64,000 nucleotides of DNA. Origin: Alphaproteobacteria bacterium (GTDB taxonomy: Bacteria; Pseudomonadota; Alphaproteobacteria; UBA7887). Of this stretch, positions 29,094 to 38,700 are shown piece by piece (within the stretch, counting starts at the first letter, position 1; each line of letters begins with the position of its first letter). The translations under genes and the position numbers were made by a program. Under the pieces are notes generated by a model, which made no database searches, was not told the origin of the DNA, and saw nothing but the letters and a program-made list of their open reading frames with translations. The stretch spans positions 3,680,001 to 3,744,000 of the forward strand of contig CBDCGL010000011.1 in the NCBI GenBank assembly GCA_965216755.1, given 5' to 3'.

Positions 29094-29557
29094 TTCACGG
29101 AGATCTCCAGTCTCTTATCAGTAGAAGGTTCGCAAATCAGGGACTAAATAAGGTGATAGCGGCTTCACCCACAAAATTCTATCGATAAGCTTCAATTTGT
29201 ATGATGCGGCCTCGCACAAGGTTGTGATCAATGAAGTTCACACGCTGTCCTCAATAATTCACACGAAACGGATAAAATTTGGTCATGCCCAGGTAATGTC
29301 ACCGCACAAAAACGAATAGCTTTGAACATTGGCAACATATACCTGTTTGCCATGATGTGAACACGGATCATTGATGCTAAAAAGATTTTCATAGGATATC
29401 TATGTCGTTAGCGTAGTGTTCTATGTGAAACATATTATATGGCCGATTTCAGTCATCTGATTCGAAGACCCTTGCTCTGCTTATAAAGATCTCAGTTTGA
29501 CATGTAATTGAGACCAACGTTATAAACCCTCAGCTAATAATTTATCGGGGGTCTAAT

Positions 29558-30088
29558 ATGGCACTATTGACGACGCGGGTGCCGCCAGCAAAACAACGAA
29601 AAAAACCTGGCACTGGCGCACGAAGGCGTTCACGGGACCTGACGCCGTTTGAAAATGGCCGAATCAAAGCCTTGGAGGCTTTAAGGCAATCTATCGAAGA
29701 CTTCGATCGTGGTTATGTTCGATCGAAGTGCTTTCGCGCCAAGTCGCCAACTTCTTTGGTCTATTGCGTAATGGTAAAAGTTGGCAATGCAAATTTGCCG
29801 ATCGACGGTGATGAAACACGTTACTATGTGTCATCCCGTGAACAAGTACGACAGGTGTTGGTTGATTTCTATCAGCAGATTAAGTCAGCGGCGCCGGACA
29901 GCGATTTGGGTCAAGCCATTGCCAAAGTTGCGGCCAAGGGCAGCCGCAGCGGATTTCGTGTGAGTGCCTTGGGCGCTATTTACAAGGATTTCGCGGAAAC
30001 CCACAATACGACGCTGGAGATTGCCAAGTCGTACTTTAAGAACAATCCCAAAGAGCTTGATGAAGCTCTTGCCAATCGCGGGGTCTAG
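29558..30088 (+). CDS. Hypothetical basic protein (possibly DUF6641-like)
   Basis: 176-aa ORF with a GGGGG RBS in an AT-rich islet. VKVGNANLPIDG..V..L pattern recalls DUF6641 (weak, by eye). Confidence 0.6.
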   Translation: MALLTTRVPPAKQRKKPGTGARRRSRDLTPFENGRIKALEALRQSIEDFDRGYVRSKCFRAKSPTSLVYCVMVKVGNANLPIDGDETRYYVSSREQVRQVLVDFYQQIKSAAPDSDLGQAIAKVAAKGSRSGFRVSALGAIYKDFAETHNTTLEIAKSYFKNNPKELDEALANRGV

Positions 30089-30304
30089 CGAACCGCTCTA
30101 GGTCGAACATGATGGATCTATCGAGACGGGACCGGTTCCAGTCGACGACTGTTCCGGGACTACCGTGGAATTAGGCAGGTGAGGGCGGCCGCATAGTCAC
30201 AGCGACGAGCTAGGCCCGATGTGCCGCGCCACTGAAGATCTATAGCGGTAAGCTGCGGCCCATACGCTGCCTCTCAGTCTGGAAATCATTTAGATTGAGG
30301 TTGT

Positions 30305-30334
30305 AACGGCGCGCTTCGGCGCGTCGTTTTGTTT
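30305..30334 (+). terminator. Rho-independent terminator
   Basis: AACGGCGCGC-TTCG-GCGCGTCGTT stem with a cUUCGg loop, followed by TTTTGTTT. Confidence 0.75.
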
Positions 30335-30502
30335 CGCTGGCAAGCTATCGACAAACCGCAAATGTAGTCCAATTGACGAAAGAACGAACTATCAAAGACT
30401 ATAGAAGATCATTCCAATTTCATGTGATTTACACGATGTACATAGAAAATCTTCGTATGACGTACGAACATATACGGAAAACCATTGAAATTGCTGAATG
30501 GA

Positions 30503-30540
30503 ACAAAAGAAAGATGGCGCTGTACGGATCCAGCGCCATC
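30503..30540 (-). terminator. Rho-independent terminator of the PuuD-like gene
   Basis: GATGGCGCTG-N8-CAGCGCCATC perfect stem followed on the minus strand by TTTCTTTTGTT. Confidence 0.75.
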
Positions 30541-30565
30541 ATTCTAGGGATTCTAGGTGTTTGGG

Positions 30566-31063
30566 CTAATAAAGGTTCTGCGCACCAACCATGGCATAGA
30601 GCATGGGTACAGAAAGCATTGTATTGGTCCGCGAAAACAGCATCGCCGTGCGCGCGGCTGCCGCTTTCTCATCAGCTGGCACCTCAACCATGCCCAAGGC
30701 CTTCTTTTGGTTTGGCCAGATTACAAACCAAACATTGAAGGCCATGATCAGCCCCATCCACATACCAAATCCAATCAGTGCATGTTTGGCGACTCCATCA
30801 GCCAACCCGATCGCCAAGCCTTGACCCAGATAACCATTCAGGTAGGCCAACAAAAGCCCGAACAGAACCGTAAATACCGCACCCCATCGAAACCAGAACA
30901 GCGCCGCCGGCGCGATCACTTTTCCAATCGCCGGTTTTTGGTCGTCCGGGATCTTGGGCATGTTCGGAATTTGCACGAAATTGAAGTACCAAAGCAGCCC
31001 GATCCACATGACGCCGCTCAGCACGTGCAGCCAGCGAACAAAGAATATCAACCAAGGATCCAT
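30566..31063 (-). CDS. Urate hydroxylase PuuD-like membrane protein (Urate_ox_N domain only)
   Basis: RWLHVLSGVMWIGLLWYFNF, LFWFRW, NVWFVIWPNQKK, SRTNTMLSVP; no cytochrome c domain. Confidence 0.85.
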   Translation of the reverse strand: MDPWLIFFVRWLHVLSGVMWIGLLWYFNFVQIPNMPKIPDDQKPAIGKVIAPAALFWFRWGAVFTVLFGLLLAYLNGYLGQGLAIGLADGVAKHALIGFGMWMGLIMAFNVWFVIWPNQKKALGMVEVPADEKAAAARTAMLFSRTNTMLSVPMLYAMVGAQNLY

Positions 31064-31106
31064 TGCCGTTGTCTCCCCCCTTCAGATGTCAGCACCTGGC
31101 CACCGA

Positions 31107-31202
31107 TCACGTACCAATCGCCAGCACCAGAAAGTGCATGACGATTGTGATGACGACGCCCAGGGCGATGGTCAAGGGAAGCGATTCCAGCGGGTTCTTC
31201 AT
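31107..31202 (-). CDS. Small 31-aa single-pass membrane protein (not in ORF track)
   Basis: MKNPLESLPLTIALGVVITIVMHFLVLAIGT*, with a GGAGG RBS about 5 nt upstream; ends 43 nt before the PuuD-like gene. Confidence 0.7.
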   Translation of the reverse strand: MKNPLESLPLTIALGVVITIVMHFLVLAIGT

Positions 31203-31652
31203 GATCCGACCTCCACTCGAGTCCACTTGTGTCCGACGGCGCGGCGATGCCGATCCCGGACCAATGAGATCAACCGTGGTTCAGGCGAGGCCGCCGAACC
31301 GCATGACAAGTTGATCGATGACAGACAATTAGAACACGACACACAGGCCGAACGGCGCATGCTGTGCCCTCGCCGTCCGGCATTCTCATCCGCTCGGCGG
31401 TCCGGGGCAACCTCAAAAGACTCATGCGGCGCTCGGCTCAAACACGATAAAGCCGAACCCCGCATAACAGTGGGGCTCGGCAGTTCGTGATGCGAGGATC
31501 GAGTGGAGTGGAGACTCGACAGGGCGTAAACTAGAGATCTCGGCCCGATCCGCTTTAACATGGGTTTATCGGCCGAAGATTTTGCCGCGGTTTCGCGGCT
31601 TTGTCGTCGCGCGCGGATGGGTGCGCACAAGCGCACGTTGGAGGAGCATATA

Positions 31653-32834
31653 ATGACGCCCGCTGACTTGGATCGCACCTTGCCGCCTGTTTCACCGGGT
31701 GCACCGCCGCCATCAACCGGTGCGGGTGCCTTTCGGTTTTTCGACAATCGCGAGAAATATTTGCTGTTCGTAACCACGTGCAGCGAGAAGACCGTGGTGG
31801 CTGGGCGGATTGGCCACGAACTTGATCACGTCAAGCCCAGGCAGCCGGGCTTGCGGGTGTTTGATGCCGGCATGGGCGATGCCACGGTGCTGACCGCGGT
31901 GTTGCGGAATCTTCACGCCCGGTTTCCGCGCGTGCCCGTCATGGTCTTGGCAAAGGAAGTCAGTTTGGAGGACGTCCGACTCAGCCTCGACAAAATGGCA
32001 GACCGCTTTTTCGAACATCCGGAACTGGTTCTGGTGGTCACCAACATGCGCTATGCCGAAGCGGCGCGGTTGACGCCCCGAAACGAGGGAACGGGCGCGT
32101 TGAATTGGCAGGAAGTCGCGCTGAAAGGCGACACCTCACATGCCTTCAACGAGCAGATTAGCGGCCTGCACAAAGTGGTCGCCGATGGTTGGCGCACACG
32201 AACCAGCGAGAAAACCGGAAACCCGCTTTATGTATTGCCGTCGGTTCTGGTGATCTATCGCGCCGACCACAGATTTTTGGTCGACCCCATCGTGCCCCGG
32301 CCCGGGCAACCAATCGGCGGTTTCGACCTGATATTGGCGTCCCAACCCTTTCAGGCGCGCGCCAGCGCCGAAGCCAAATCGCGCACCGTATTGGCGCCGC
32401 TGTCACAAGCGCTGTCGCAGGGTGGCCGGATGGTGGTCATCCAATCGACCGGCCGCGACCCGGGTATGGAGATTGTTCGCAACATCTGGACCGGCGAGGA
32501 TCCGTTCCAAACGCCACGCAATGTTTTGGTCGACGCATTGCGCGCCGACCTCGGCGACAATGCGCGCGAGTTCGTTTTCGAGTCGCAGCCGAACCACCTG
32601 CACGAGTTTCGTTTTACCTTGCAGACCTTGCCCACCGAAGTCGGCAACAATATCGGCACCTCGACCCTGTTGGCGGCCTGGAACGCCGCGGTTTATGTGG
32701 CGCAAATCGACGATTCACGTCTGACCGAGGCCCTGGGGAGCGATAGCTATCTCAAGGCCACCTGGGAGGTGCTGCAGAAATATGGCGGGCTGTGGTTTAT
32801 CGACGAGAGCATCGTTGTCGCGCGACGGGCTTAG
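31653..32834 (+). CDS. Conserved hypothetical protein with SAM-dependent methyltransferase-like motif
   Basis: FRFFDNREKYLLFV..CSEK, VFDAGMGD (motif I-like), FDLILASQP; GGAGGAG RBS. Confidence 0.75.
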   Translation: MTPADLDRTLPPVSPGAPPPSTGAGAFRFFDNREKYLLFVTTCSEKTVVAGRIGHELDHVKPRQPGLRVFDAGMGDATVLTAVLRNLHARFPRVPVMVLAKEVSLEDVRLSLDKMADRFFEHPELVLVVTNMRYAEAARLTPRNEGTGALNWQEVALKGDTSHAFNEQISGLHKVVADGWRTRTSEKTGNPLYVLPSVLVIYRADHRFLVDPIVPRPGQPIGGFDLILASQPFQARASAEAKSRTVLAPLSQALSQGGRMVVIQSTGRDPGMEIVRNIWTGEDPFQTPRNVLVDALRADLGDNAREFVFESQPNHLHEFRFTLQTLPTEVGNNIGTSTLLAAWNAAVYVAQIDDSRLTEALGSDSYLKATWEVLQKYGGLWFIDESIVVARRA

Positions 32835-33808
32835 AGCCCAAGCGGCGGCCGGTCCTTATGGACTCCCGACAGCTCAATTGCCTGGGCCGCGGCCGTTTCA
32901 CTGCCCGGACCCATGACATGAACGCCGGCAACGCCAGGTACCGCTTGCAGTGCGCTGATCTGTTCAGCGCAGATCCGAATACCCTCTTGCTTTGGGTCGG
33001 CGGCGGCCTCCAGCCGAGCTATGGTGGCGTCGGGCACATGCACGCCCCACAGATTCTTGTTCATCCAGCGCGCCGACTTGGCCGAGGCCAACGCGCCGAC
33101 GCCGATCAGGAATCGGGCCCGCTCCAATATCCCTTCATCGCCCAGGCGCGACAGATAAAGCCGCGCGACCTCGGTTTCGAAACAGAACTGGGTCTGGAAG
33201 AAATCGGCACCGGCGCGGACCTTGGCCCAAATCGGCTCGGGACTCCAATGGGCATCGGGTATGACCGGCGATTCTGCGGCGCCGACAAATAAGGCGGGTG
33301 GTGCCACGATGCGGCGGCCCGAAGGAATTTCTGCTTGGTCGCGCATGCGGCACGCAAGGCGGATCAAATCCCGCGTTTCCAAATCGTAAACCATCTTTGC
33401 TTCGGGCTGATCGCCGACCGCCACATCGTCGCCACGCAGACACAGTATGTTGCGCACGCCGAGCGCGGCGGCGCCAAGCAGATCGGCCTCCAGCGCCAAG
33501 CGATTTCGATCGCGGACGGTGACCTGCAAGACCGGCTCGATACCGGCCTCCAGAAGAAGCACCGCCGCGGCCCAACTGGCCATGTGGGCCCGTGCGCCGG
33601 CGCCATCTGTAACGTTGACCGCGTCAACCCGGCCGCGCAGATTGGCAACACGCGCCACGACACTGCCGCCATCCGCGGTCAGGCCCGGCGTGGTCTCAGC
33701 GGTAACCGCAAATGTGCCTTCGGCAAGACGCTGGCCCAACAGCGACGGCGCGGCGTCGGCCGGGTCTGCGTCGCGTTCTGATTCAACCGGGCGGGGGGCC
33801 TCGGTCAT
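32831..33808 (-). CDS. metF: Methylenetetrahydrofolate reductase
   Basis: DAVNVTDG, EPVLQVTVRDRNR, LCLRGD, KVRAGADFFQTQ, GVHVM. Confidence 0.88.
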   Translation of the reverse strand: MTEAPRPVESERDADPADAAPSLLGQRLAEGTFAVTAETTPGLTADGGSVVARVANLRGRVDAVNVTDGAGARAHMASWAAAVLLLEAGIEPVLQVTVRDRNRLALEADLLGAAALGVRNILCLRGDDVAVGDQPEAKMVYDLETRDLIRLACRMRDQAEIPSGRRIVAPPALFVGAAESPVIPDAHWSPEPIWAKVRAGADFFQTQFCFETEVARLYLSRLGDEGILERARFLIGVGALASAKSARWMNKNLWGVHVPDATIARLEAAADPKQEGIRICAEQISALQAVPGVAGVHVMGPGSETAAAQAIELSGVHKDRPPLGL

Positions 33809-33958
33809 GGCGCCTCCTCGAAGCTCTGGGTCCTTGGCGCGAAATCCAGAAGCCTGATGTCGCGTCTGTTTTGTGGCCCCCAACCTATGCGGCAGTGCAC
33901 CCAACGGCAAGGCCGAACGGCGCGGTGACTGGGGCGGCGTGCTAATGTGGCGTCCATA

Positions 33959-35338
33959 ATGCGCAGGGCAGATCGGAATTGGCGTCGCCGACTGGTACTG
34001 GCCGTGGTCGCGGCCGGGGTGACGCTGTCTCCTTCGGTTGCCGGGGCGCGTGCCCAGAGTGATGTCTTGCAGGCGCCGATCGGCGGCGGTTCATTTGCTA
34101 CTGCGTTGCCCGGGTTGACCGATCTAAACAGGGCGCAGTTCGCCCGCGGTCGCCGCTTGTTTCGTCTCAACTTTGCCGTCGCACCCGCGTCGCGCGCCCG
34201 TATGGCGGGTCTTGGGCCACTCTACAACCGCGAATCCTGTGCCGGTTGCCATGTCCGAGGCGGTCGCGGTCGCCCGCCGGTTGCGGGCGAGGTACGACTA
34301 AAATCCATGGTTGTGCGCCTGAGCCAACCGGACGCGGGCCAGGCTCGCCGCGGCCACCCAATCTATGGCGCCCAAATCCAGGACAAGGGCATCCTGGGTG
34401 TGCCCCAGGAAGGCAGGATTACGATCCACTATGATGAATTGTCCGGCCGTTTTCCGGATGGCATTGGTTATCGATTACGTATGCCGCGCTATGGGGTGAC
34501 TCATCTCGCCCATGGGCCGCTCGGCGTGCCGACGCGGCTGTCAGGTCGGGTGGCGCCGGCCGTCGCCGGGCTCGGCCTTTTGGAAGCCGTCGATGAGGCG
34601 ATCGTAATCGCCTGGGCGGATCCGGATGATGCCGATGGCGACGGTATTTCGGGGCGCCCAAATTGGGTGCCGGAGCCGGCGACGGGACGCCGAACCCTTG
34701 GCAGGTTCGGCTGGAAGGCGCAAGGGAGCGTGCTGCCGGCGCAAGTCGCGGCTGCTTTCAACCTGGACATGGGGATCACGTCATCACTGTTGCCGCGACA
34801 TATGTGTACCCCGGCGCAAAGCGCGTGCCGCAAAGCGGCGGGCAATGGTCCGCCCGAGCTGAGCGATCGGCAATTGGCGGACGTCCTCGCTTATTTGCGT
34901 CATTTGGCGCCGCCGCCACGCCGCCACCAAACCGTGCCGGCGGTGCGATCGGGCGCGGACTTGTTTCGCCGCGCGGGGTGCGCGGCCTGTCACCGGCCGA
35001 CTCTCCGGGTTGCGGCCGATGTTACCCTTGGCCCGCGTGGCGGACGGTACATCGCGCCCTATACCGATCTACTGTTGCACGATATGGGCGCCGGTCTGGC
35101 GGATGGACAGCAGATGCACCAAGCCGGCGGGCGCGAGTGGCGGACAGCGCCGCTATGGGGGCTTGGCGCGGTGCCGCGGGTCAATGGTCACAGCTATTAC
35201 CTGCACGATGGCCGTGCCCGGTCCGTCCTCGAAGCGATCCTGTGGCACGATGGCGAGGCACGCGGGGCGCGCGACGCCGTCCGTGCGATGACGGCCACCG
35301 AGCGCGATGATTTGTTGTGGTTCCTCGACTCATTGTGA
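33959..35338 (+). CDS. Di-heme oxidoreductase (DHOR) family protein
   Basis: GLGPLYNRESCAGCH, DPDDADGDGISGR, GRFGWKA, CAACH, DLLLHDMG, WRTAPLWG, LHDGRAR. Confidence 0.88.
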   Translation: MRRADRNWRRRLVLAVVAAGVTLSPSVAGARAQSDVLQAPIGGGSFATALPGLTDLNRAQFARGRRLFRLNFAVAPASRARMAGLGPLYNRESCAGCHVRGGRGRPPVAGEVRLKSMVVRLSQPDAGQARRGHPIYGAQIQDKGILGVPQEGRITIHYDELSGRFPDGIGYRLRMPRYGVTHLAHGPLGVPTRLSGRVAPAVAGLGLLEAVDEAIVIAWADPDDADGDGISGRPNWVPEPATGRRTLGRFGWKAQGSVLPAQVAAAFNLDMGITSSLLPRHMCTPAQSACRKAAGNGPPELSDRQLADVLAYLRHLAPPPRRHQTVPAVRSGADLFRRAGCAACHRPTLRVAADVTLGPRGGRYIAPYTDLLLHDMGAGLADGQQMHQAGGREWRTAPLWGLGAVPRVNGHSYYLHDGRARSVLEAILWHDGEARGARDAVRAMTATERDDLLWFLDSL

Positions 35339-35509
35339 GGACCACGGGCGGTTTCTTGCCGCTATTGTCATGGCGTTGACGTACGCGCACGAAACCGTGA
35401 TCCCGGCTTGTCGGGTGGGCGGGTCGGCCCTAATTGTCCGTCATTGAAATCGGCGTGTCATCAGCGACCGACAACATGCGAGAGAGATCAACGAAAGGGA
35501 GCCCAAACC

Positions 35510-35950
35510 ATGCACCGCCTGATCTTTGGCGTTCTTGCAGCATGCTTTTTCATAGGCCCGGCCTGGGCCGGTGGACCGGTCAACGAAACCTTTTTTGGGA
35601 CGGCGATCGATGGCTACGATCCGGTTGCCTATCACGTGGATGGACGCCCTGTTGAGGGCAGTTCCGACATTACGCTCGAATGGATGGACGCGAATTGGCG
35701 CTTCGCCAGCGCGGAAAACCGCGATCTGTTCGCTGGGGACCCGCAAAAATATGCCCCCGCCTATGGCGGCTATTGTGCCTATGGCGTGTCGCAGGGCGTG
35801 AAGGTCGACTTCGATCCCGAAGCGTGGCGCATCGTCGATGGCACCCTGTATTTGAACATTACCAAGGACGTGCAAAAGCGCTGGGAGATGGATATCGACA
35901 CCTATATCGCCTTGGCCGACAAGAAATGGCCCGAGCTGAAAGATCAATAG
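35510..35950 (+). CDS. Secreted YHS domain protein
   Basis: AIDGYDPVAY, WRFASAENRDLF, YAPAYGGYCAYG. Confidence 0.88.
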   Translation: MHRLIFGVLAACFFIGPAWAGGPVNETFFGTAIDGYDPVAYHVDGRPVEGSSDITLEWMDANWRFASAENRDLFAGDPQKYAPAYGGYCAYGVSQGVKVDFDPEAWRIVDGTLYLNITKDVQKRWEMDIDTYIALADKKWPELKDQ

Positions 35951-36229
35951 AAGAAGTTGATCAATCGCGGCGGCGGTGTGAAATCGGCGTGACACACCGC
36001 CACCGAACGCGTCCCGGGGAAATGTGCGCGCTGGGCCATCGAACTGACCACAAAGGCCGCGTATTGTCCCATTTCTAGGGCTGGCCGGCGCCGATTGCCT
36101 GCATATATCAATGTTTATGCTGCCCTTGGCCCGCGGTCCGATCGATTGCGGCGGAATTGAGCGCGAATAGGCGGCAACGTCGGCTGACGCCGGCGGCATT
36201 GTGGGTTTATTGGGAGGTTGGAACAGGCT

Positions 36230-36760
36230 ATGGACAAGGACTCGCTGGCCTCAATCCGGACCGAAATCATGCAATTGCATGACGCCATGCAAGGCTTCCG
36301 GCGCGAGTTGGCGGCGATCCGTCATCCGGCAACCGACGACGATCGTTTTCGGACCATGGCCGAGCAGCTGGACGCCATAGTGCAGGGCACCGAGGAAGCC
36401 ACCGAGACTATTCTGCAATCGGTTGAAAATATATGCGGCTTGATCGACGAGAAACGCGCCGACTTGGAGCAAATTGCGGAGTCGGAGTGGCTCAATAAGT
36501 TTGACGATCTATCGAACGATATCTTCCAGGCCTGCGCGTTCCAGGATTTGACCGGTCAACGTATTACCAAGGTTGTGAATTCCTTGAAGTTTGTTGATAC
36601 CAAGCTCAACGACTTGGTCGATCTTTGGGGTCGCGCCAGCATGCTGGCGGAACCGGTTCACGAACAAACCGACGATCGCCCGGAAGGCGAGCGGCTAGAG
36701 GGCCCGGCCCTGGCGGGCAAGGGCGTAAGCCAAGACGATATCGACAAGATGTTCGACTGA
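36230..36760 (+). CDS. cheZ: Protein phosphatase CheZ (alphaproteobacterial type)
   Basis: LDAIVQGTEEAT, FQACAFQDLTGQRITKVV, C-terminal SQDDIDKMF. Confidence 0.88.
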   Translation: MDKDSLASIRTEIMQLHDAMQGFRRELAAIRHPATDDDRFRTMAEQLDAIVQGTEEATETILQSVENICGLIDEKRADLEQIAESEWLNKFDDLSNDIFQACAFQDLTGQRITKVVNSLKFVDTKLNDLVDLWGRASMLAEPVHEQTDDRPEGERLEGPALAGKGVSQDDIDKMFD

Positions 36761-36791
36761 CACGTGGGCCGTGTCGACCGTGTTGTCGCAC

Positions 36792-38699
36792 CTACTCAAT
36801 ACCGCGTTTCGCGCCATCTTCCAGGCAACGCAATGCAATGACGTTGAATGCCGGTACGGGTTGCCGGAATCCTTTTAGTGAAAGCGCGCCGATGGGTTCG
36901 GTTTCCGCGATATCGGAAACCGCCACCTGGACCCGTTGACTGATCAAGATTTGGCCAGCCTTGGCCTCGTCGCACAGTCGCGATGCCAGATTTGTCACCG
37001 GACCAATGGCGGCGTAGTCCACACGACCCTCAAACCCGATCTGACCGAGCGTCGCATAGCCCGCGGCGACACCGACGCCGAAGCCGAGATCGTCGCCCTG
37101 CGCGCGCCATCGCTCGGTGAGGTCGTGAACACGCGTGCGCATGGCGTTGGACAGGCGGACGGCGCGCGCCGGCGGATCGGGGCATGGCAACGGGTCGTTG
37201 AAATAGACCATGACGCCGTCGCCCGCAAACCGCTCCAACGTTGCTTCATACTCGAAAATCAGCGCGCCGATCGCATGGTGATATTCTTTCAGCACCGCCA
37301 TCAGCCGCTCCGGTTCAACCGAATCCGAGAACTTGGTAAAGCCGCGTAAATCGGCAAACACAACGGTGATTTCGCGGCGATGGCTCTCAAGGAACTGGTC
37401 ATCGCCTGTCGAAACGATCAAGTTGGCCAGCTGCGGCGCGATAAAGCGTTTCAGACGACCGATCCGCTCTATCTCAACGACCTGCGCGTCGACGCGTTGT
37501 TCCAGCGTTTGGTTCCATTCGGCGAGCTTGGCGGACGCCGCTTCGAGCTTTGTGTTGGCCTGTTGCAACTCTCGCGTGCGGTCCTCGACAGTCCGTTCAA
37601 GGCCGGCGTAGACACTTTCCAGGCGTGTAGCCATGTCGTTGAAGGCGTTGGCGACAATCTCCAATTCGTCACCGGTCTTCACCGCGATCCGCTGATTCAG
37701 CGCACCGGCGCCAAGTCGCGTCGCCCCGTGCCGCAAAATCTCAAGCGGACGCAGCACTTTGCGCGTGATGAGATGGCTCGCCAAGAGTGCCGGCGCCATG
37801 CCGGCAAGCAGCAACAGAAATGTGCGGAATACCGACCGGAGGAGCGGCGCATAGGCTTCAGCAATGGGCTGCTCGACCAGGACAGCCCAATCGAGATCAG
37901 GTACCGGCGCAAAAGCCGCAAAGATGCGTTCGCCGACCAAGTTCTTTTGAATCGCAGGTTGGATGGTCACGCCCGCCAAGGCGGCTTTGATCTGACCAAG
38001 GTCGGCGAGATTGCGCTTTTGCAAAACCAGACTGAGGTCGGGGTGCGCGATCAAATCGCCTTTGTTGGAGACCACATAGGCATAGCCGTTCCGACCGACC
38101 GATATATCGACAACCACATCGCGAATGTATTTGAGGCTTACTTCCGCGATCAGCACGCCTTCTATTTGCCCGACAAACCATTCAATGGGCACGGCAATGC
38201 GCATATAGGGTTCCGAATCGCGGACGAAATAGACCGGGCCATGGAAATGCGCGCCCTGATTGGCCGTCGCGAAGGCCCCGTCGGCCGCGTGATTAAGACT
38301 GTCTTGCGGGTTGACCAGATCGACCCGTGACACGCGCGCGATCTCGTGCCCGTTTCGGTCGGCGGCGACCACGTTTGTCACCGCCGGGGCAATTTTGAGG
38401 AGTTTGAGCAGCTGAAAGCGAAAGGTGGGCGTAAACCCGTTGGCGACGGCGTCCGCGCTTTGTGCCGTCGCCGCCATCGCCTTTTCGATATCGCTTACAA
38501 ACTGGCGAATTTTGAATGCCGCGGCGCGCGAGGTCTCGGTTTGCAGGGCGGCAATGTTGGCGACATTCTCGCGATAGCTGAAATACAGCTCGACCGCCGC
38601 GCTCACGGCAAGCCCACTGGCGACCAGCAGAAACGCCAAAACAAATGTGCGGCGTAGTAGCCGCCCGCGCGGTTGCGCGTCAGATTGCGCTTGGCGCAT
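36792..38699 (-). CDS. Membrane class III adenylate/guanylate cyclase with Cache and HAMP domains
   Basis: Two TM segments, GYAYVVS..LIAHPD (Cache), GDELE..AFNDM (HAMP), FADLRGFT, ERFAGDG, DYAAIG..NLASRL. Confidence 0.9.
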   Translation of the reverse strand: MRQAQSDAQPRGRLLRRTFVLAFLLVASGLAVSAAVELYFSYRENVANIAALQTETSRAAAFKIRQFVSDIEKAMAATAQSADAVANGFTPTFRFQLLKLLKIAPAVTNVVAADRNGHEIARVSRVDLVNPQDSLNHAADGAFATANQGAHFHGPVYFVRDSEPYMRIAVPIEWFVGQIEGVLIAEVSLKYIRDVVVDISVGRNGYAYVVSNKGDLIAHPDLSLVLQKRNLADLGQIKAALAGVTIQPAIQKNLVGERIFAAFAPVPDLDWAVLVEQPIAEAYAPLLRSVFRTFLLLLAGMAPALLASHLITRKVLRPLEILRHGATRLGAGALNQRIAVKTGDELEIVANAFNDMATRLESVYAGLERTVEDRTRELQQANTKLEAASAKLAEWNQTLEQRVDAQVVEIERIGRLKRFIAPQLANLIVSTGDDQFLESHRREITVVFADLRGFTKFSDSVEPERLMAVLKEYHHAIGALIFEYEATLERFAGDGVMVYFNDPLPCPDPPARAVRLSNAMRTRVHDLTERWRAQGDDLGFGVGVAAGYATLGQIGFEGRVDYAAIGPVTNLASRLCDEAKAGQILISQRVQVAVSDIAETEPIGALSLKGFRQPVPAFNVIALRCLEDGAKRGIE

Positions 38700-38700
38700 T

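Noticed and set aside
30373-30738. 121-aa plus-strand ORF
   Set aside because: It runs through a terminator and antisense into the PuuD-like gene, has a TTG start and no RBS.
33809-33958. SAM or SAM-SAH riboswitch upstream of metF
   Set aside because: I could not match the SAM-II/alpha or SAM-SAH consensus on the minus strand by eye.
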